Shown: positions 1 to 11,639, numbered from the stretch's first letter. The stretch is 52,070 nucleotides of DNA from Candidatus Peregrinibacteria bacterium CG_4_9_14_0_2_um_filter_41_14 (GCA_002788755.1 PFRW01000050.1:1-52070); one strand, 5' to 3'. Numbers and translations are program-made. The notes: generated from the sequence alone by a model not told the origin.

Positions 1-578
1 CCTTGGCTCTCTGTTTCGGGGACACGTTGAACACGGTGGACGCCGCTTTCAAACTGAAGTTTGCCGTAGGCACCGGCGCCGGCCACTTTAAAAATAATTT
101 CTTTATAACCACCGGCGGAACCGAGGTTTTCGCCTAATAACTCCACTTTCCAACCTTGCAGTTCGGCATAACGCATGTACATACGGGCGAGGTCACCGGC
201 AAATAAGGAGGCCTCGTCGCCACCGGAGCCGGCACGGATTTCAACAATACAGTTTTTGTGGACGTTGGGATCTTTGGGGATAAGGGCGACTTTTACGGCT
301 TCGTTTAGTTCGGTGATTTCGGCTTTGGCTTCTTCAAGCTGCATTTGGGCTAACTCTTTGAGGTCGTGGTCTGATTCTGTTGCTAAAATTTGTTCGGCTT
401 CGGTTTTGCGGGCGATTGCTTGAGACAACTGTTCGTGCAAACGCGCCAGTGGCTCTACTTCGGCACGGCGAATTAGGAGTTTTTGGTAGCTGGCTTGATC
501 GGGCATCATATCGGGGTCGGCAACTTTGCGATCAAGTTCTTTTAGTTCATCTGCAAATTTGGTGAGCTTATCAATCAT
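1..578 (-). CDS. prfA: peptide chain release factor 1, N-terminal ~192 aa (3' end runs off the window)
   Basis: Absent from the ORF track because no stop lies in the window. My reverse-strand translation from the ATG at 578-576 gives [19 protein letters not shown]...[29 protein letters not shown]...[22 protein letters not shown]. This is the conserved RF1 core that precedes the GGQ loop. Confidence 0.9.
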   Translation of the reverse strand, partial: MIDKLTKFADELKELDRKVADPDMMPDQASYQKLLIRRAEVEPLARLHEQLSQAIARKTEAEQILATESDHDLKELAQMQLEEAKAEITELNEAVKVALIPKDPNVHKNCIVEIRAGSGGDEASLFAGDLARMYMRYAELQGWKVELLGENLGSAGGYKEIIFKVAGAGAYGKLQFESGVHRVQRVPETESQ

Positions 579-583
579 GAGGT

Positions 584-1405
584 CTAGTTAGTGAATACAA
601 ATATTCTAGGTTTATCGGCAAGGTCATTATACACATTTCCCTCTTTTCCCAATACTGCTTTAGCTAATTGTTGAATTGATCGACTTTGATCAAGGCCGAT
701 TTCGCAAATTAAGTTTTTAAAAGGGAGATGGCGGTCGGCCAATTGTGTAAACAAAAGGCGGTAGTGATCCAGCCCATCTTTGCCGCTGTATAGCGCCTGC
801 GTGGGTTCGTATTGGCTTGTTTCTGCGCCCACGTCGGCGGAATCTTGGCAAATATAGGGGAGATTGGCAAGGATACAATCAAAATATGCGGCTGCGGGTA
901 GGGCGGAAAGCAAATCGGATTCGATAATGGTGACCAACTTACTGGTGCAAAGGGCAAGATTATTGGTGCGGGCCACTTCGACGGTTTGAGGATAGAGTTC
1001 GATAGCGGTTACTTGGGAGTTGGGAAATTCAAGCGCGGCGGTAATGGCAAGGCAGCCGGTGCCGGTGCCTACATCTAAAATTGAGATTTCGTCTTCTATA
1101 TGATATATGGTTTTTAAGTGATCGATTAAGTGCTCGGACTCTGGCCGCGGAATCAGGGTGTGATTATTAACTACAAAGTTGCGGCCGTAAAATTCTTTGG
1201 AGCCGACTATGTAAGCAATGGGTTCATTATTTTTGCGTCGGGCAAGTAGGTCTTGGTAAAGAGCAAATTCGGAATTGATAAGTTCGCGTTCGTTATGGGC
1301 AATGAGGTAGCTTCTATCTACCTTGAGGACATGAGCCAGCAGCACCTCTTTATCGAGGCTTTTTAATTGTGGATCAATTTGGAGGGCACTTTTAATGGTA
1401 TTCAT
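584..1405 (-). CDS. prmC: release-factor glutamine N5-methyltransferase (HemK/PrmC)
   Basis: The ORF-track frame is 584..1450 and opens with TTG. I prefer the ATG at 1405 (MNTIKSALQ...) because a terminator hairpin occupies 1411-1445. It has the SAM loop [12 protein letters not shown] and the catalytic NLPY (NPPY variant), and ends 5 nt before the prfA start. Confidence 0.85.
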   Translation of the reverse strand: MNTIKSALQIDPQLKSLDKEVLLAHVLKVDRSYLIAHNERELINSEFALYQDLLARRKNNEPIAYIVGSKEFYGRNFVVNNHTLIPRPESEHLIDHLKTIYHIEDEISILDVGTGTGCLAITAALEFPNSQVTAIELYPQTVEVARTNNLALCTSKLVTIIESDLLSALPAAAYFDCILANLPYICQDSADVGAETSQYEPTQALYSGKDGLDHYRLLFTQLADRHLPFKNLICEIGLDQSRSIQQLAKAVLGKEGNVYNDLADKPRIFVFTN

Positions 1406-1410
1406 AACAC

Positions 1411-1445
1411 TAAAAAGCACCCCCTTAAAAGAGAGTGCTTTTTTG
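1411..1445 (-). terminator. intrinsic terminator after rpsU
   Basis: On the minus strand, AAAAGCAC-(loop)-GTGCTTTT forms an 8-bp stem followed by a T run. It begins about 15 nt after the rpsU stop. Confidence 0.65.
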
Positions 1446-1460
1446 AACAATAGCTATAGG

Positions 1461-1667
1461 CTAATAGAACTTTTCTTTTCGTCTTTTTTCACGATACTCT
1501 TCGCGTTTAATCGCTTCGGCTCTCACTCGCGTCTTAGTTTTGTCTTTGACAAAATGTTGCTTTTCGCGGTAATCATTTAATTTATGACTACGTTGAAGCA
1601 GTTTTTTGAAGCGTGAAAGCATTCGTTCGAATGATTCGCGTGGATCTCGTGTTACGTGTACAAACAT
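1461..1667 (-). CDS. rpsU: 30S ribosomal protein bS21
   Basis: 68-aa highly basic protein. RESFERMLSRFKKLLQRSHKLNDYREKQHFVKDKTKTRVR fits the S21 pattern (ESFE..LRRFKK ... R..R). Confidence 0.85.
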   Translation of the reverse strand: MFVHVTRDPRESFERMLSRFKKLLQRSHKLNDYREKQHFVKDKTKTRVRAEAIKREEYREKRRKEKFY

Positions 1668-1692
1668 ACGGTTTCTTACTTAAACTGTGGGG

Positions 1693-1721
1693 ATTTTAGG
1701 GGGAGACGGAGTGATTGTCAA
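1693..1721 (-). promoter_or_regulatory. sigma70-type promoter for rpsU
   Basis: Minus strand reads TTGACA (1721-1716), a 17-nt spacer, then TAAAAT (1698-1693), about 26 nt upstream of the rpsU ATG. Confidence 0.6.
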
Positions 1722-1736
1722 ATGAAAAAAGAGAAA

Positions 1737-2525
1737 TTAAAGGATACTAAGGCTCAAGGACTCAGCCCATAAAACCCTTAGCGAGCCGCGAAACGCCCTA
1801 ATATGGCAGTGATAGCAAGGATCATTCAGATACACGTGAACGCCATCCCCACCACGACCACCATAGAGCGCACCACCATGTCTGTATGCTTCGTTAGTTA
1901 AAAGATAACTCTGGGTTGTACGATCAAACACACCTTGGCTTTGAAGTGCCCCCTGGTATTGCAATAGGGACATCAGGCTCATCCCCATTGCCGCAGCCAT
2001 CTCAACCGCACTTCCATTAACAGGAAATCTCGGGTGGGTTGCTCTTCTCCAAGCTGCTGCTTTTGCATCATAGACACAGTTTCTGCCACTTAATGGTGAT
2101 TCTTTGGAACATGTACCAATATCAAAACCACTATCGTCAAAGTTATACACGTTTGGCTCGTGCCCTGCTTTCATCATCTTTCCCACTGATTCTAGTGCCT
2201 CAAGATTTGCTAACAGAGCGTCTTTCACTCGGTTCCAGTCTAGATCTTGGTGTAAGTTGGGCTGTGCCTCAAAATTAGCCTTGAGTCCAACGAGTGCCAT
2301 TGTTAAACGTCCTGCCTGATCTAGTTCGTCTGGAGTGCAGTATTGTAATGTCCCATTAGCATACTCAGCCGCCTCAGGAAATTCATCATACACTCCAACG
2401 TGCATATTGTAGCGAATACTCACTACATCTGCTACCTTCCCTTCCACAGCACCTCGTATTTCTTCTAATCTCACATTGAGTGTTGGTTGTGGTACTGCTC
2501 CTAAGGGCTCTTGCACATGCTCCAT
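1737..2525 (-). CDS. DUF4256-family protein
   Basis: The C-terminal two thirds match my memory of DUF4256: ...GHEPNVY...D.GTCSKESP.GRN.VYD..A...R...P..GSAVEMAAAMG..L......Q..G.FD..T.S.L.T.......GGAL.G.R....V.VY.N.....H...AFRGSLRV. The ORF track starts at GTG 2606. The ATG at 2525 (MEHVQEPL) seems more likely. Confidence 0.6.
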   Translation of the reverse strand: MEHVQEPLGAVPQPTLNVRLEEIRGAVEGKVADVVSIRYNMHVGVYDEFPEAAEYANGTLQYCTPDELDQAGRLTMALVGLKANFEAQPNLHQDLDWNRVKDALLANLEALESVGKMMKAGHEPNVYNFDDSGFDIGTCSKESPLSGRNCVYDAKAAAWRRATHPRFPVNGSAVEMAAAMGMSLMSLLQYQGALQSQGVFDRTTQSYLLTNEAYRHGGALYGGRGGDGVHVYLNDPCYHCHIRAFRGSLRVLWAESLSLSIL

Positions 2526-2650
2526 AAATAGTGAGTGGATTATTAATACGGTGCTAACTATAAAACTAGTTGGATGTTTTGTCAGGTGTATCAACTTGAA
2601 TTCCACAGTTTGGTTTCAGCGCATAGCCCTCGCTGCGCTCGGGCTGGCTT

Positions 2651-4570
<1,920 letters not shown>

Positions 4571-4667
4571 TTACTTCTATTTTTAAATTTTGAGCGTGTA
4601 CAGATTAGCAGATTTTTGTGGTAACGCCAGTAAAACTAGTTTAAACGTTTCAAGATTACGAAAAATG

Positions 4668-4676
4668 TGCTATAAT
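4668..4676 (+). promoter_or_regulatory. extended -10 element (TGcTATAAT) upstream of the AI-2E transporter gene
   Basis: TG at 4668-4669 and TATAAT at 4671-4676, 26 nt before the ATG at 4702. The -35 is weak. Confidence 0.45.
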
Positions 4677-4701
4677 AAGGTCAGTAATAATTTGTTGGAA
4701 G

Positions 4702-5793
4702 ATGACAGAAAATAATAACCATGTTGCCTTTAAAGACCTGCAGAAGTACTTCTTTTTGGGCATTACGCTTTTGCTATTGTTTGGGTTTTTATATTTTATT
4801 TCACCATTTTTTGGCATGTTGATCATTGTCAGCGTAATTGCGGTGGATGTTTTCCCGCTAACGGACTGGATTACCAAAAAAGTCAAATATCGATCTGTGG
4901 CATCCTTAATCACACTTTTAATCGTTTTGGTGTTGATTGTGACGCCATTTACCTTGTTTGCTTTGTATTTAACAGATGAAGCTAATCTTGCGTATCAAAA
5001 ACTAACCTCTACTAACGAACTAACGTTTGAAGGAATAAAACTGATACCGGAGCGTTTAAAAGGTACAGCCATTGGCAGCTGGGTGGTTGCGACTTGGGAA
5101 TCATTGCCTTTTTCGACTGAAGACATTGTGGCATTTACACAAGATAATCTTAAAAACATTAGCTCCACAATTGTTGGACAAACTACAAATCTATTTAAGC
5201 AGGTGTCCTTATTCTTGGTCTATTTAATCGTCTTTTTTGTTACGCTTTATGCGTTTTTGTTGGATGGCAAGGGTATTACAGCTCGCATCAAACGCTTGTT
5301 GCCTATTCCCAATCGCCATAAAGATGCACTGTTTGAGAGACTGAATGTGCTAAGTAAAGGGATTGTTTACGGTGTATTTGGTGCTGCAATTGTGCAAGGT
5401 TTCTTAGCCGGTCTAGGCTTTGCTATTGCCGGAATTGGCAATGCTGCTTTTTGGGGAACGGTTATGGCGCTAATGTCACCGGTTCCTTATATTGGAACTG
5501 CTGTTATTTGGGTGCCGGCGGGAATCTATTTAATTTTGACCAATCATTTGTTTGCCGGTGTATTTTTGCTTGTTTGGGGCACCTTTGTTGTAGGGCTTGC
5601 CGACAACTTTGTTAAACCATACTTAATTGGCAAATCAGCAGCTATCAATCCATTACTAATTTTGCTAACACTGCTTGGCGGTGTCTTGGCTTTTGGTTTA
5701 CAGGGATTAATCTTCGGGCCATTTTTGCTAACGCTGTTACTTGGCTTTATCCATATATACGAAAGCGAATATAGGGATGTTTTAAAAGACTAA
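4702..5793 (+). CDS. AI-2E family (PerM/UPF0118) transporter
   Basis: Polytopic membrane protein of 363 aa. It has the family-typical ...SPVPYIGTAVIWVPAGIYL... segment and a C-terminal FVKPYLIGK motif. Confidence 0.75.
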   Translation: MTENNNHVAFKDLQKYFFLGITLLLLFGFLYFISPFFGMLIIVSVIAVDVFPLTDWITKKVKYRSVASLITLLIVLVLIVTPFTLFALYLTDEANLAYQKLTSTNELTFEGIKLIPERLKGTAIGSWVVATWESLPFSTEDIVAFTQDNLKNISSTIVGQTTNLFKQVSLFLVYLIVFFVTLYAFLLDGKGITARIKRLLPIPNRHKDALFERLNVLSKGIVYGVFGAAIVQGFLAGLGFAIAGIGNAAFWGTVMALMSPVPYIGTAVIWVPAGIYLILTNHLFAGVFLLVWGTFVVGLADNFVKPYLIGKSAAINPLLILLTLLGGVLAFGLQGLIFGPFLLTLLLGFIHIYESEYRDVLKD

Positions 5794-7283
5794 TTTTGCT
5801 GAACTCTTTGGAGACGGTCGACTACCTGTGGTAGTTCTTGGCTTAGGTATTCCTCAAAGGTTGTGCCTAGGCTGGATTCGCTAACATACAGTTCGAGTTG
5901 TTGGAGGAGCAGGGTTAGGGGCTCAGCTAGCGCTTCGCCTGTTAACTTGTTTGCGGTTTCTAAATCTAATAGGTGACGGATTTGGGACACTCTTTCAATA
6001 ACTAGGGCATTTACAATGTCGGCCTTACTAATTGTTACTTTATATAGTTTTTGGTCTAGTGTGTTAAGAACCTCATAGGCAGCCAATGTGTTTTTGCCCG
6101 GATAGTTATGCAATTGTGACAAAAGGCGTTCCTTTAAGATAAATAGGGTTGATGGCTTGTCGGTTTTGGCAATTTCTGATTTATAGTATTCAAAGTAAGT
6201 GTTGGCGTACTGCCAGGTGGACTGGCTTTCGATGGCGTAGACCCAAAGCTGATTCAACTGTGTTGCACTTAGGACAAGGGCACCGCTTTTAATCATAGCT
6301 GTTTTAATGGGTGCGTAAATACTGTCATCGCCCACGCTGCCATATAACTGAAGCCACTGAGAAACGATTGGCACGGATGCCTTTTTATCATCACTAATCA
6401 GTTGATTTAAACGGGTATTAAAGTCTGTCATTTGCGCTTCGGCTTTGTCGACCTGATTAATTAGGTAAAGCTCACGCGCAGACTCTAGGCTTTGAGACAA
6501 CATGTTAATTGTGACCAGATTGCGTTTGACCGGGTTGTAGATGAACTTTTCGAGAAATGGGATAGTGGAATAAGTGAGACTGCCTTTGTAGGAGAGGTCG
6601 AGCACTGTCTTTTGTTGTAAGTATGAATCTAAGTTAAATGTGTAAACCGTGGCAAGGGGGAGGGGTTTTGTAAAATACTGTTTGCTCAATTTTTCGGCAA
6701 CAGTGTTGTAGCTAAAAGTGGCCCATGCAGCATCAATATCCGCTTCATTAAATTGGATTTGCTGTGATTGAGCCAAATAATGATCAATTTGTTCCAAGGG
6801 TAAATTTAGCTTTAGTCTATGGTTACCTTGCAGGGCTTGTACAGTAACGACTCCGTTTAGCTTGGTTAAGAGACCTAAACTAAACGGTTCGGGGGCAATG
6901 CCAAAATTTTGTGTTTGAATAAAAAATGGGCTGTCACTAAAGCGGTGTTCAAAAACGATGCCACCTTCAATCAATTTTAAATGAACGATATCGTTATTTA
7001 ATGCCACAATTTTGAGCACGGTGTTGGCCGGAGCAATAACGGAGACGTCGTTAAATTTAAAGGCTGCAGTTTTGCTTAGACGTATATAGCGCGGTGTCTC
7101 CCCCTTCATGCGTTCATGCCAACGGTTATTTTGATCGGTTCTAATTTCAAAAGTGCTACTAACCGGAAACTCAATTAGCTGCTGTGACTTTGAGGTAAGA
7201 TTTGAACTTGGCAGACTTTCCAGCAAGATGGTTAATCCGACTAGGATGAGACTTAGGGCAAGAACAATGATTTTCTTATACAT
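5790..7283 (-). CDS. membrane-anchored hypothetical protein (FecR-like beta domain plus long helical domain)
   Basis: N-terminal signal-anchor KIIVLALSLILVGLTILL. Residues ~65-115 (IRLSKTAAFKFNDVSVIAPANTVLKIVALNNDIVHLKLIEGGIVFEH) resemble a FecR sensor domain. The remainder is predicted helical. Confidence 0.5.
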   Translation of the reverse strand: MYKKIIVLALSLILVGLTILLESLPSSNLTSKSQQLIEFPVSSTFEIRTDQNNRWHERMKGETPRYIRLSKTAAFKFNDVSVIAPANTVLKIVALNNDIVHLKLIEGGIVFEHRFSDSPFFIQTQNFGIAPEPFSLGLLTKLNGVVTVQALQGNHRLKLNLPLEQIDHYLAQSQQIQFNEADIDAAWATFSYNTVAEKLSKQYFTKPLPLATVYTFNLDSYLQQKTVLDLSYKGSLTYSTIPFLEKFIYNPVKRNLVTINMLSQSLESARELYLINQVDKAEAQMTDFNTRLNQLISDDKKASVPIVSQWLQLYGSVGDDSIYAPIKTAMIKSGALVLSATQLNQLWVYAIESQSTWQYANTYFEYYKSEIAKTDKPSTLFILKERLLSQLHNYPGKNTLAAYEVLNTLDQKLYKVTISKADIVNALVIERVSQIRHLLDLETANKLTGEALAEPLTLLLQQLELYVSESSLGTTFEEYLSQELPQVVDRLQRVQQN

Positions 7284-7342
7284 ATGTACAAATTATCCTT
7301 TAATTATAGCAAAATTCGCATGTTTTGACAATGCAGAGGTGA

Positions 7343-9022
7343 GTGTGGTTAAGTAGAAACATGTTAACTAATACAAACATGCGAATGAAAAAACTAATAC
7401 TTGTCTTGGGGGTTTTGCTACTATTGCCTAGCTCTGTTTTTGCTCTTAGTACAACGCCAGTTCCTCGTGGTGAATTTATTAAAATTATTTTAGATGCCAA
7501 TAATGTGGTGCCAGCCGCAACAGAAACTGACTTTGAGGGGGTTAGCCCAGAGTTGGCTCCTTATTTGGAGGAGATGCGTAAATTAGGCTTAATCTACTAC
7601 AACGCTTATAGTCCAACTTTTAATGAAGAACGGCCGTTTGCACTTTGGCGGTCTTTGTCATTACTAATGAAGTTGGAAGGAATTCCGGTGCCGATTACAT
7701 TTGACGAAGCTAAGTTTAAAGAAGTGTTTCCAACCTTAGTGCCGGGCGCTTTTTATGCACCAACAATGTTTCGCGCATATCAGGTTGGTCTGGTTGACCC
7801 TTTTAAGCAAGCTATTTGGCCAATTAACCCAACTACCGAAGGTGACGTGGCAATTATGCTGGCAAATCTAGCTTTATACGAAGATAAAATCGATCAGGCG
7901 CTAGACACACCAAATCCAAGCATAAATGACAATACTATTTCTCCTATACAACCAAACGGCTCGTTGACTAATAGCGATAAATATCCGATTTTGCTGGATG
8001 TATGGGATAAAATTACAAAAGAGTATGTTGATAAAAATAAATTAAGTGAGGATGATTTAATTTTTGGGGCAATTGAGGGGCTAGTGAATCGAGTTGGCGA
8101 TCCTTACAGTGTTTTTCAGGAACCGGAAGTAGCGGCAGCTTTTCAAAACTCTTTAAGTAACGAAATTCAGGGGATTGGGGCATCATTGGCTTTGGATGAT
8201 GCCGGCAATGTCGTAATCGTATCTCCACTTAACGATTCTCCGGCAGAAAGAGCAGGCTTGCGCCCCGGCGACGTTGTTAACAGCATTGATGGCAAAGTTA
8301 TCACTAATTTTACTTTGGTGGAGGTTGTACGCTTAATTCAAGGGGAGCCCGGCACGCAGGTGCGACTGGTAATTAAACGTGGGAGTTCGGTGTTAAACTT
8401 TACAATTGTGAGAGAGCGGATTTCGGTAGCGTCGGTTGTTGGTGAAGTTACAGCAGATGACATTTTAATTATTACCGTGAATAACTTTGGCTTTGGCACA
8501 GCCAGTAGTTTTGCAAGTTTTGTAAATCAGACCAATGCCGGTAATCTAAATGGTGTTATTATTGATTTGCGCAATAATCCTGGGGGCTTTTTGGATGCAG
8601 CCGTGGATATTGCCGGTAACTTTTTGGCTAAAGGCAAAGTAGTAACTCGTTTGGTCGGGCCAACTGTTTCAGAGACTGAGTATTCTACCGGTAGTGCAAA
8701 ATTGGCAAATGTGCCGACTTATGTGCTTATGAATAAGGGCAGCGCGTCAGCGTCCGAGATTTTGGCGGCGGCTTTGCATGACCATCACCAAGCGACCTTA
8801 ATTGGTGAAACTTCGTTTGGTAAAGGGACGGTCCAAGAAATTTCGACTTATTTGGACTCATCCTCGCTGAAATTAACGATTGCCAAGTGGCTTACGCCAA
8901 GTGGCATAAATATCCATGGCACTGGTATTAAGCCGGATATCTACGTTCAATATACCGATGCAGATAGAACCGCAGGCGTTGATCCTCAGCTAAATAAAGC
9001 CTTAAACGAAATTAGGAATTAG
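7343..9022 (+). CDS. S41 family C-terminal processing peptidase with N-terminal SLH-like repeats
   Basis: PDZ domain (SPAERAGLRPGDVVNSIDG), RNNPGG, the catalytic Ser motif GSASASEILA and the Lys motif FGKGTVQ. The track start is GTG 7343. ATG 7379/7385 (MRMKKLILVLG...) gives a cleaner signal peptide. Confidence 0.88.
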   Translation: MWLSRNMLTNTNMRMKKLILVLGVLLLLPSSVFALSTTPVPRGEFIKIILDANNVVPAATETDFEGVSPELAPYLEEMRKLGLIYYNAYSPTFNEERPFALWRSLSLLMKLEGIPVPITFDEAKFKEVFPTLVPGAFYAPTMFRAYQVGLVDPFKQAIWPINPTTEGDVAIMLANLALYEDKIDQALDTPNPSINDNTISPIQPNGSLTNSDKYPILLDVWDKITKEYVDKNKLSEDDLIFGAIEGLVNRVGDPYSVFQEPEVAAAFQNSLSNEIQGIGASLALDDAGNVVIVSPLNDSPAERAGLRPGDVVNSIDGKVITNFTLVEVVRLIQGEPGTQVRLVIKRGSSVLNFTIVRERISVASVVGEVTADDILIITVNNFGFGTASSFASFVNQTNAGNLNGVIIDLRNNPGGFLDAAVDIAGNFLAKGKVVTRLVGPTVSETEYSTGSAKLANVPTYVLMNKGSASASEILAAALHDHHQATLIGETSFGKGTVQEISTYLDSSSLKLTIAKWLTPSGINIHGTGIKPDIYVQYTDADRTAGVDPQLNKALNEIRN

Positions 9023-11007
9023 GCCTGCTGGGCCTGTTCAGCAAGAATTTCTTCCGGATTGGTGGTGATAATTTTATCTTCACCGTACGAGGCAATGATT
9101 TGAATGGCCACGTGCTTATTTCCTGCAAAAAATAGGCCTTGGCCAACATTGCTGTTTAGTAATAAGTAGCGCTCCCCTTCTGTTAAATTAAAAATCTGGC
9201 TCAGCAGTTCAACCGCCGATGGTGACTGTTTGAGCAACAGCTGCATAGATGAGTTGGTAATGATCGGTTTGCCGTATTTGCTTTTGAGGAAATCTTCAAC
9301 ATCTTGAGTAATGGTCGTAACACCTAGGTAATATTTACGAGCACGTTTGACTAAGCCGTGTAAAAACTTGGCGGAATCTTCAAACTGCATCATGGTCCAG
9401 GCCTCATCTACAATTAAGAGTCGGCGTTTTAGCGAGCTTCGCACTTGATTCCAAATGTAATTTAAAATGATGTACATGGCGATTGGTCGTAATTGGTCTT
9501 CTAAATCACGTACGCTAAAGACAACTAGACCTGTGTTTAAATTAACGTTTGTTGGCTTATTAAAGACACCAGCGTAGGTACCGCTAATGTATTTTTCCAG
9601 TTTTTGCACAATCACTTCGGCGCCCTTAATACCTTTTAAAATACTGAAGAGATCTTCCATGGTTGGCGGCTCCATGCCTGTTGGGTCAACCATGTCCATG
9701 GTGATTCCTTTTAGGGCATAGACATCGATTAAGGCTTTGTCGACCAAGCTTTCTTCGAGCGGGCTAGAAGAGCCAAGCATTAATTTGAGAAGGCCTTGAA
9801 GGGTAATAATATTAGTACGTAGGAGGTCACCCGGTTTTGGTTGTTCGTCAATTAGGGCTGCGGGGAGGTCAAATGGATTAATCCGGCGATCTGCATTTAG
9901 TGAAACGCGTAAATATGAGCCGCCCACAGTTTGAGCCAGTTCTTCATACTCATTTTCCGGATCGATGACAATTACGTCGGTTCCGAGCATAAGGCTGCGG
10001 AGGATTTCCAATTTAACAGCGTAAGATTTACCGGCACCGGACTTGGCAAACACAACGGAGTTAGCATTTTCGAGATTAAAACGATCAAAAATAATCAAAC
10101 TTTCGTTATGGCGATTAAGGCCGTATAAAATACCTTCGTTTGTAGTTAGGTCACTTGAACTAAACGGGAAAGTGGAAGATAGCGGTGAGGTGTTCATATT
10201 ACGGTGAATTTCGATTTCGTCTAAACATAATGGTAAAGTTGAGTTTAGTGCTTGTTCTGCACGTAAATCGGCACGTCTGGTTAGGACCAGCTTACCACCG
10301 AGTAAACTTTCGATTTGCTTGGATAGCTTATTAAGTTGATCTTCGTCTTCGGCATAAATAGTAATGTACATGCCAAACTGAAAGAATTTTTCTTGCCCAC
10401 GTTGAATTTGGGTTCGGAGGTTTTCGGCATCTTCCAGCTGTGTTTCTAGGGCTGGATCGCGCACAAGGCCTTTTTCTTGGTTAATGCGCATTGCGGAGTG
10501 CATTTGTGTGACTTTGCGTTTAAGAATCTTCATAATTGCTGCAGATTCGATAGGGTAAATAAACTGAGCAATATCGATTGTTGCATCAAAATTAACCAAT
10601 GGGTTCATCCAGTTTGTTTCGATATAACGCGGATAAGTAAAAACGAAAAAACTGCGAGCGTATAGGCCGCTGACTTTCATTTTATCAAAATAGATCTCCA
10701 TTGCCGAAGGGGCAATGAGGTCTTTAATAGAGGCGAGGCCTTGATTATAGGCTTTTTCAGCTTCTATTAGGCGGGTGCGCTCGGCGGGTGTGAGTTTTTC
10801 GGGTTTTGTGGATGCGGGCTTCGCTGCAGGGGGCTGGGCCTTCGCTGACGCTTCGGCTGCTTCAGAAGGCACGGCCTTTGCTGACGCTCCGGCTTTGTTC
10901 TGATACCAATGCTGAATTGGCCCTAACACCTTATCAATAAGGGACGTTTTGGCCGCAATGGGAGCTGGGGCTTCTGTTGGAACCGGCTTGGTTGGTAAAG
11001 TTGGCAT
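9019..11007 (-). CDS. VirB4/TrbE-family type IV secretion ATPase
   Basis: Walker A FAKSGAGKSYAVK followed by VIVIDPENEYEEL, and Walker B RRLLIVDEAWTMM followed by RKYYLGVTTITQDVEDF. The N-terminal ~90 aa form an Ala/Pro/Lys-rich low-complexity extension. Confidence 0.8.
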   Translation of the reverse strand: MPTLPTKPVPTEAPAPIAAKTSLIDKVLGPIQHWYQNKAGASAKAVPSEAAEASAKAQPPAAKPASTKPEKLTPAERTRLIEAEKAYNQGLASIKDLIAPSAMEIYFDKMKVSGLYARSFFVFTYPRYIETNWMNPLVNFDATIDIAQFIYPIESAAIMKILKRKVTQMHSAMRINQEKGLVRDPALETQLEDAENLRTQIQRGQEKFFQFGMYITIYAEDEDQLNKLSKQIESLLGGKLVLTRRADLRAEQALNSTLPLCLDEIEIHRNMNTSPLSSTFPFSSSDLTTNEGILYGLNRHNESLIIFDRFNLENANSVVFAKSGAGKSYAVKLEILRSLMLGTDVIVIDPENEYEELAQTVGGSYLRVSLNADRRINPFDLPAALIDEQPKPGDLLRTNIITLQGLLKLMLGSSSPLEESLVDKALIDVYALKGITMDMVDPTGMEPPTMEDLFSILKGIKGAEVIVQKLEKYISGTYAGVFNKPTNVNLNTGLVVFSVRDLEDQLRPIAMYIILNYIWNQVRSSLKRRLLIVDEAWTMMQFEDSAKFLHGLVKRARKYYLGVTTITQDVEDFLKSKYGKPIITNSSMQLLLKQSPSAVELLSQIFNLTEGERYLLLNSNVGQGLFFAGNKHVAIQIIASYGEDKIITTNPEEILAEQAQQA

Positions 11008-11061
11008 AGGTATTGGTTCTATTTATCTAGTAATTCTAGCATAAATAGAGCTCAAAGTCTA

Positions 11062-11511
11062 CTAACTCCTACCTAAAGTACGGTTTACATTAGCTCTCGT
11101 AATTCTTCTGACATGACTTGCCGGTGTAAGATTTGGATATAGCTTTGAAAGAAAGCGCTGTGTTGTTTGATCAAACCGGTCAAAATCACCATTTAAAAGG
11201 CACTCCTCGTAGGCATTGCGATCGGGGGTTATCCGTTTTAGTGTTTCATTAATATTATAACTTCGTGCCAAATCCAGCCCAAACCACTGATTGGCTAATG
11301 ACTTATAGGCGTCAGAGCTTAAACCATACTTTGGTGCTTGAGTTAGATAATCCAGCCACTTATAAGCGGGCGGCAAATTACTCTTGCCATCAATTTTCCG
11401 GATGAACTGTTTAAACCGATTTGGGGTGAACTCCTGCTGGGTAAGCGTTTCGAAGCGTTGCTTGTACGATTCATTATTGTCATAACTTTCTGGCACAATT
11501 TCCGGTAACAT
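11062..11511 (-). CDS. hypothetical protein (149 aa), likely co-transcribed with the VirB4-like gene
   Basis: ATG-initiated ORF 54 nt upstream of the VirB4-like gene on the same strand. I recognise no motif, TM helix or signal peptide. Confidence 0.5.
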   Translation of the reverse strand: MLPEIVPESYDNNESYKQRFETLTQQEFTPNRFKQFIRKIDGKSNLPPAYKWLDYLTQAPKYGLSSDAYKSLANQWFGLDLARSYNINETLKRITPDRNAYEECLLNGDFDRFDQTTQRFLSKLYPNLTPASHVRRITRANVNRTLGRS

Positions 11512-11610
11512 AAGATTTATCCTAAAGGATAATGGTTAACTTTAACATAAATCTATACATATGTCTATGTATTAAATTCTAATCTGCCCTCTCCTTTAAA
11601 AAGATTTCCC

Positions 11611-11639
11611 TTGGCTAGCTTAGTGAATTAAGCTATACA
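11611..11639 (+). promoter_or_regulatory. sigma70-type promoter for gyrA
   Basis: TTGGCT (11611-11616), a 17-nt spacer, then TATACA (11634-11639), 34 nt before the gyrA ATG. Confidence 0.45.

Noticed and set aside
175-565. Two plus-strand ORFs of 82 and 61 aa at the window start
   Set aside because: They are antisense to the clearly recognisable prfA coding sequence.
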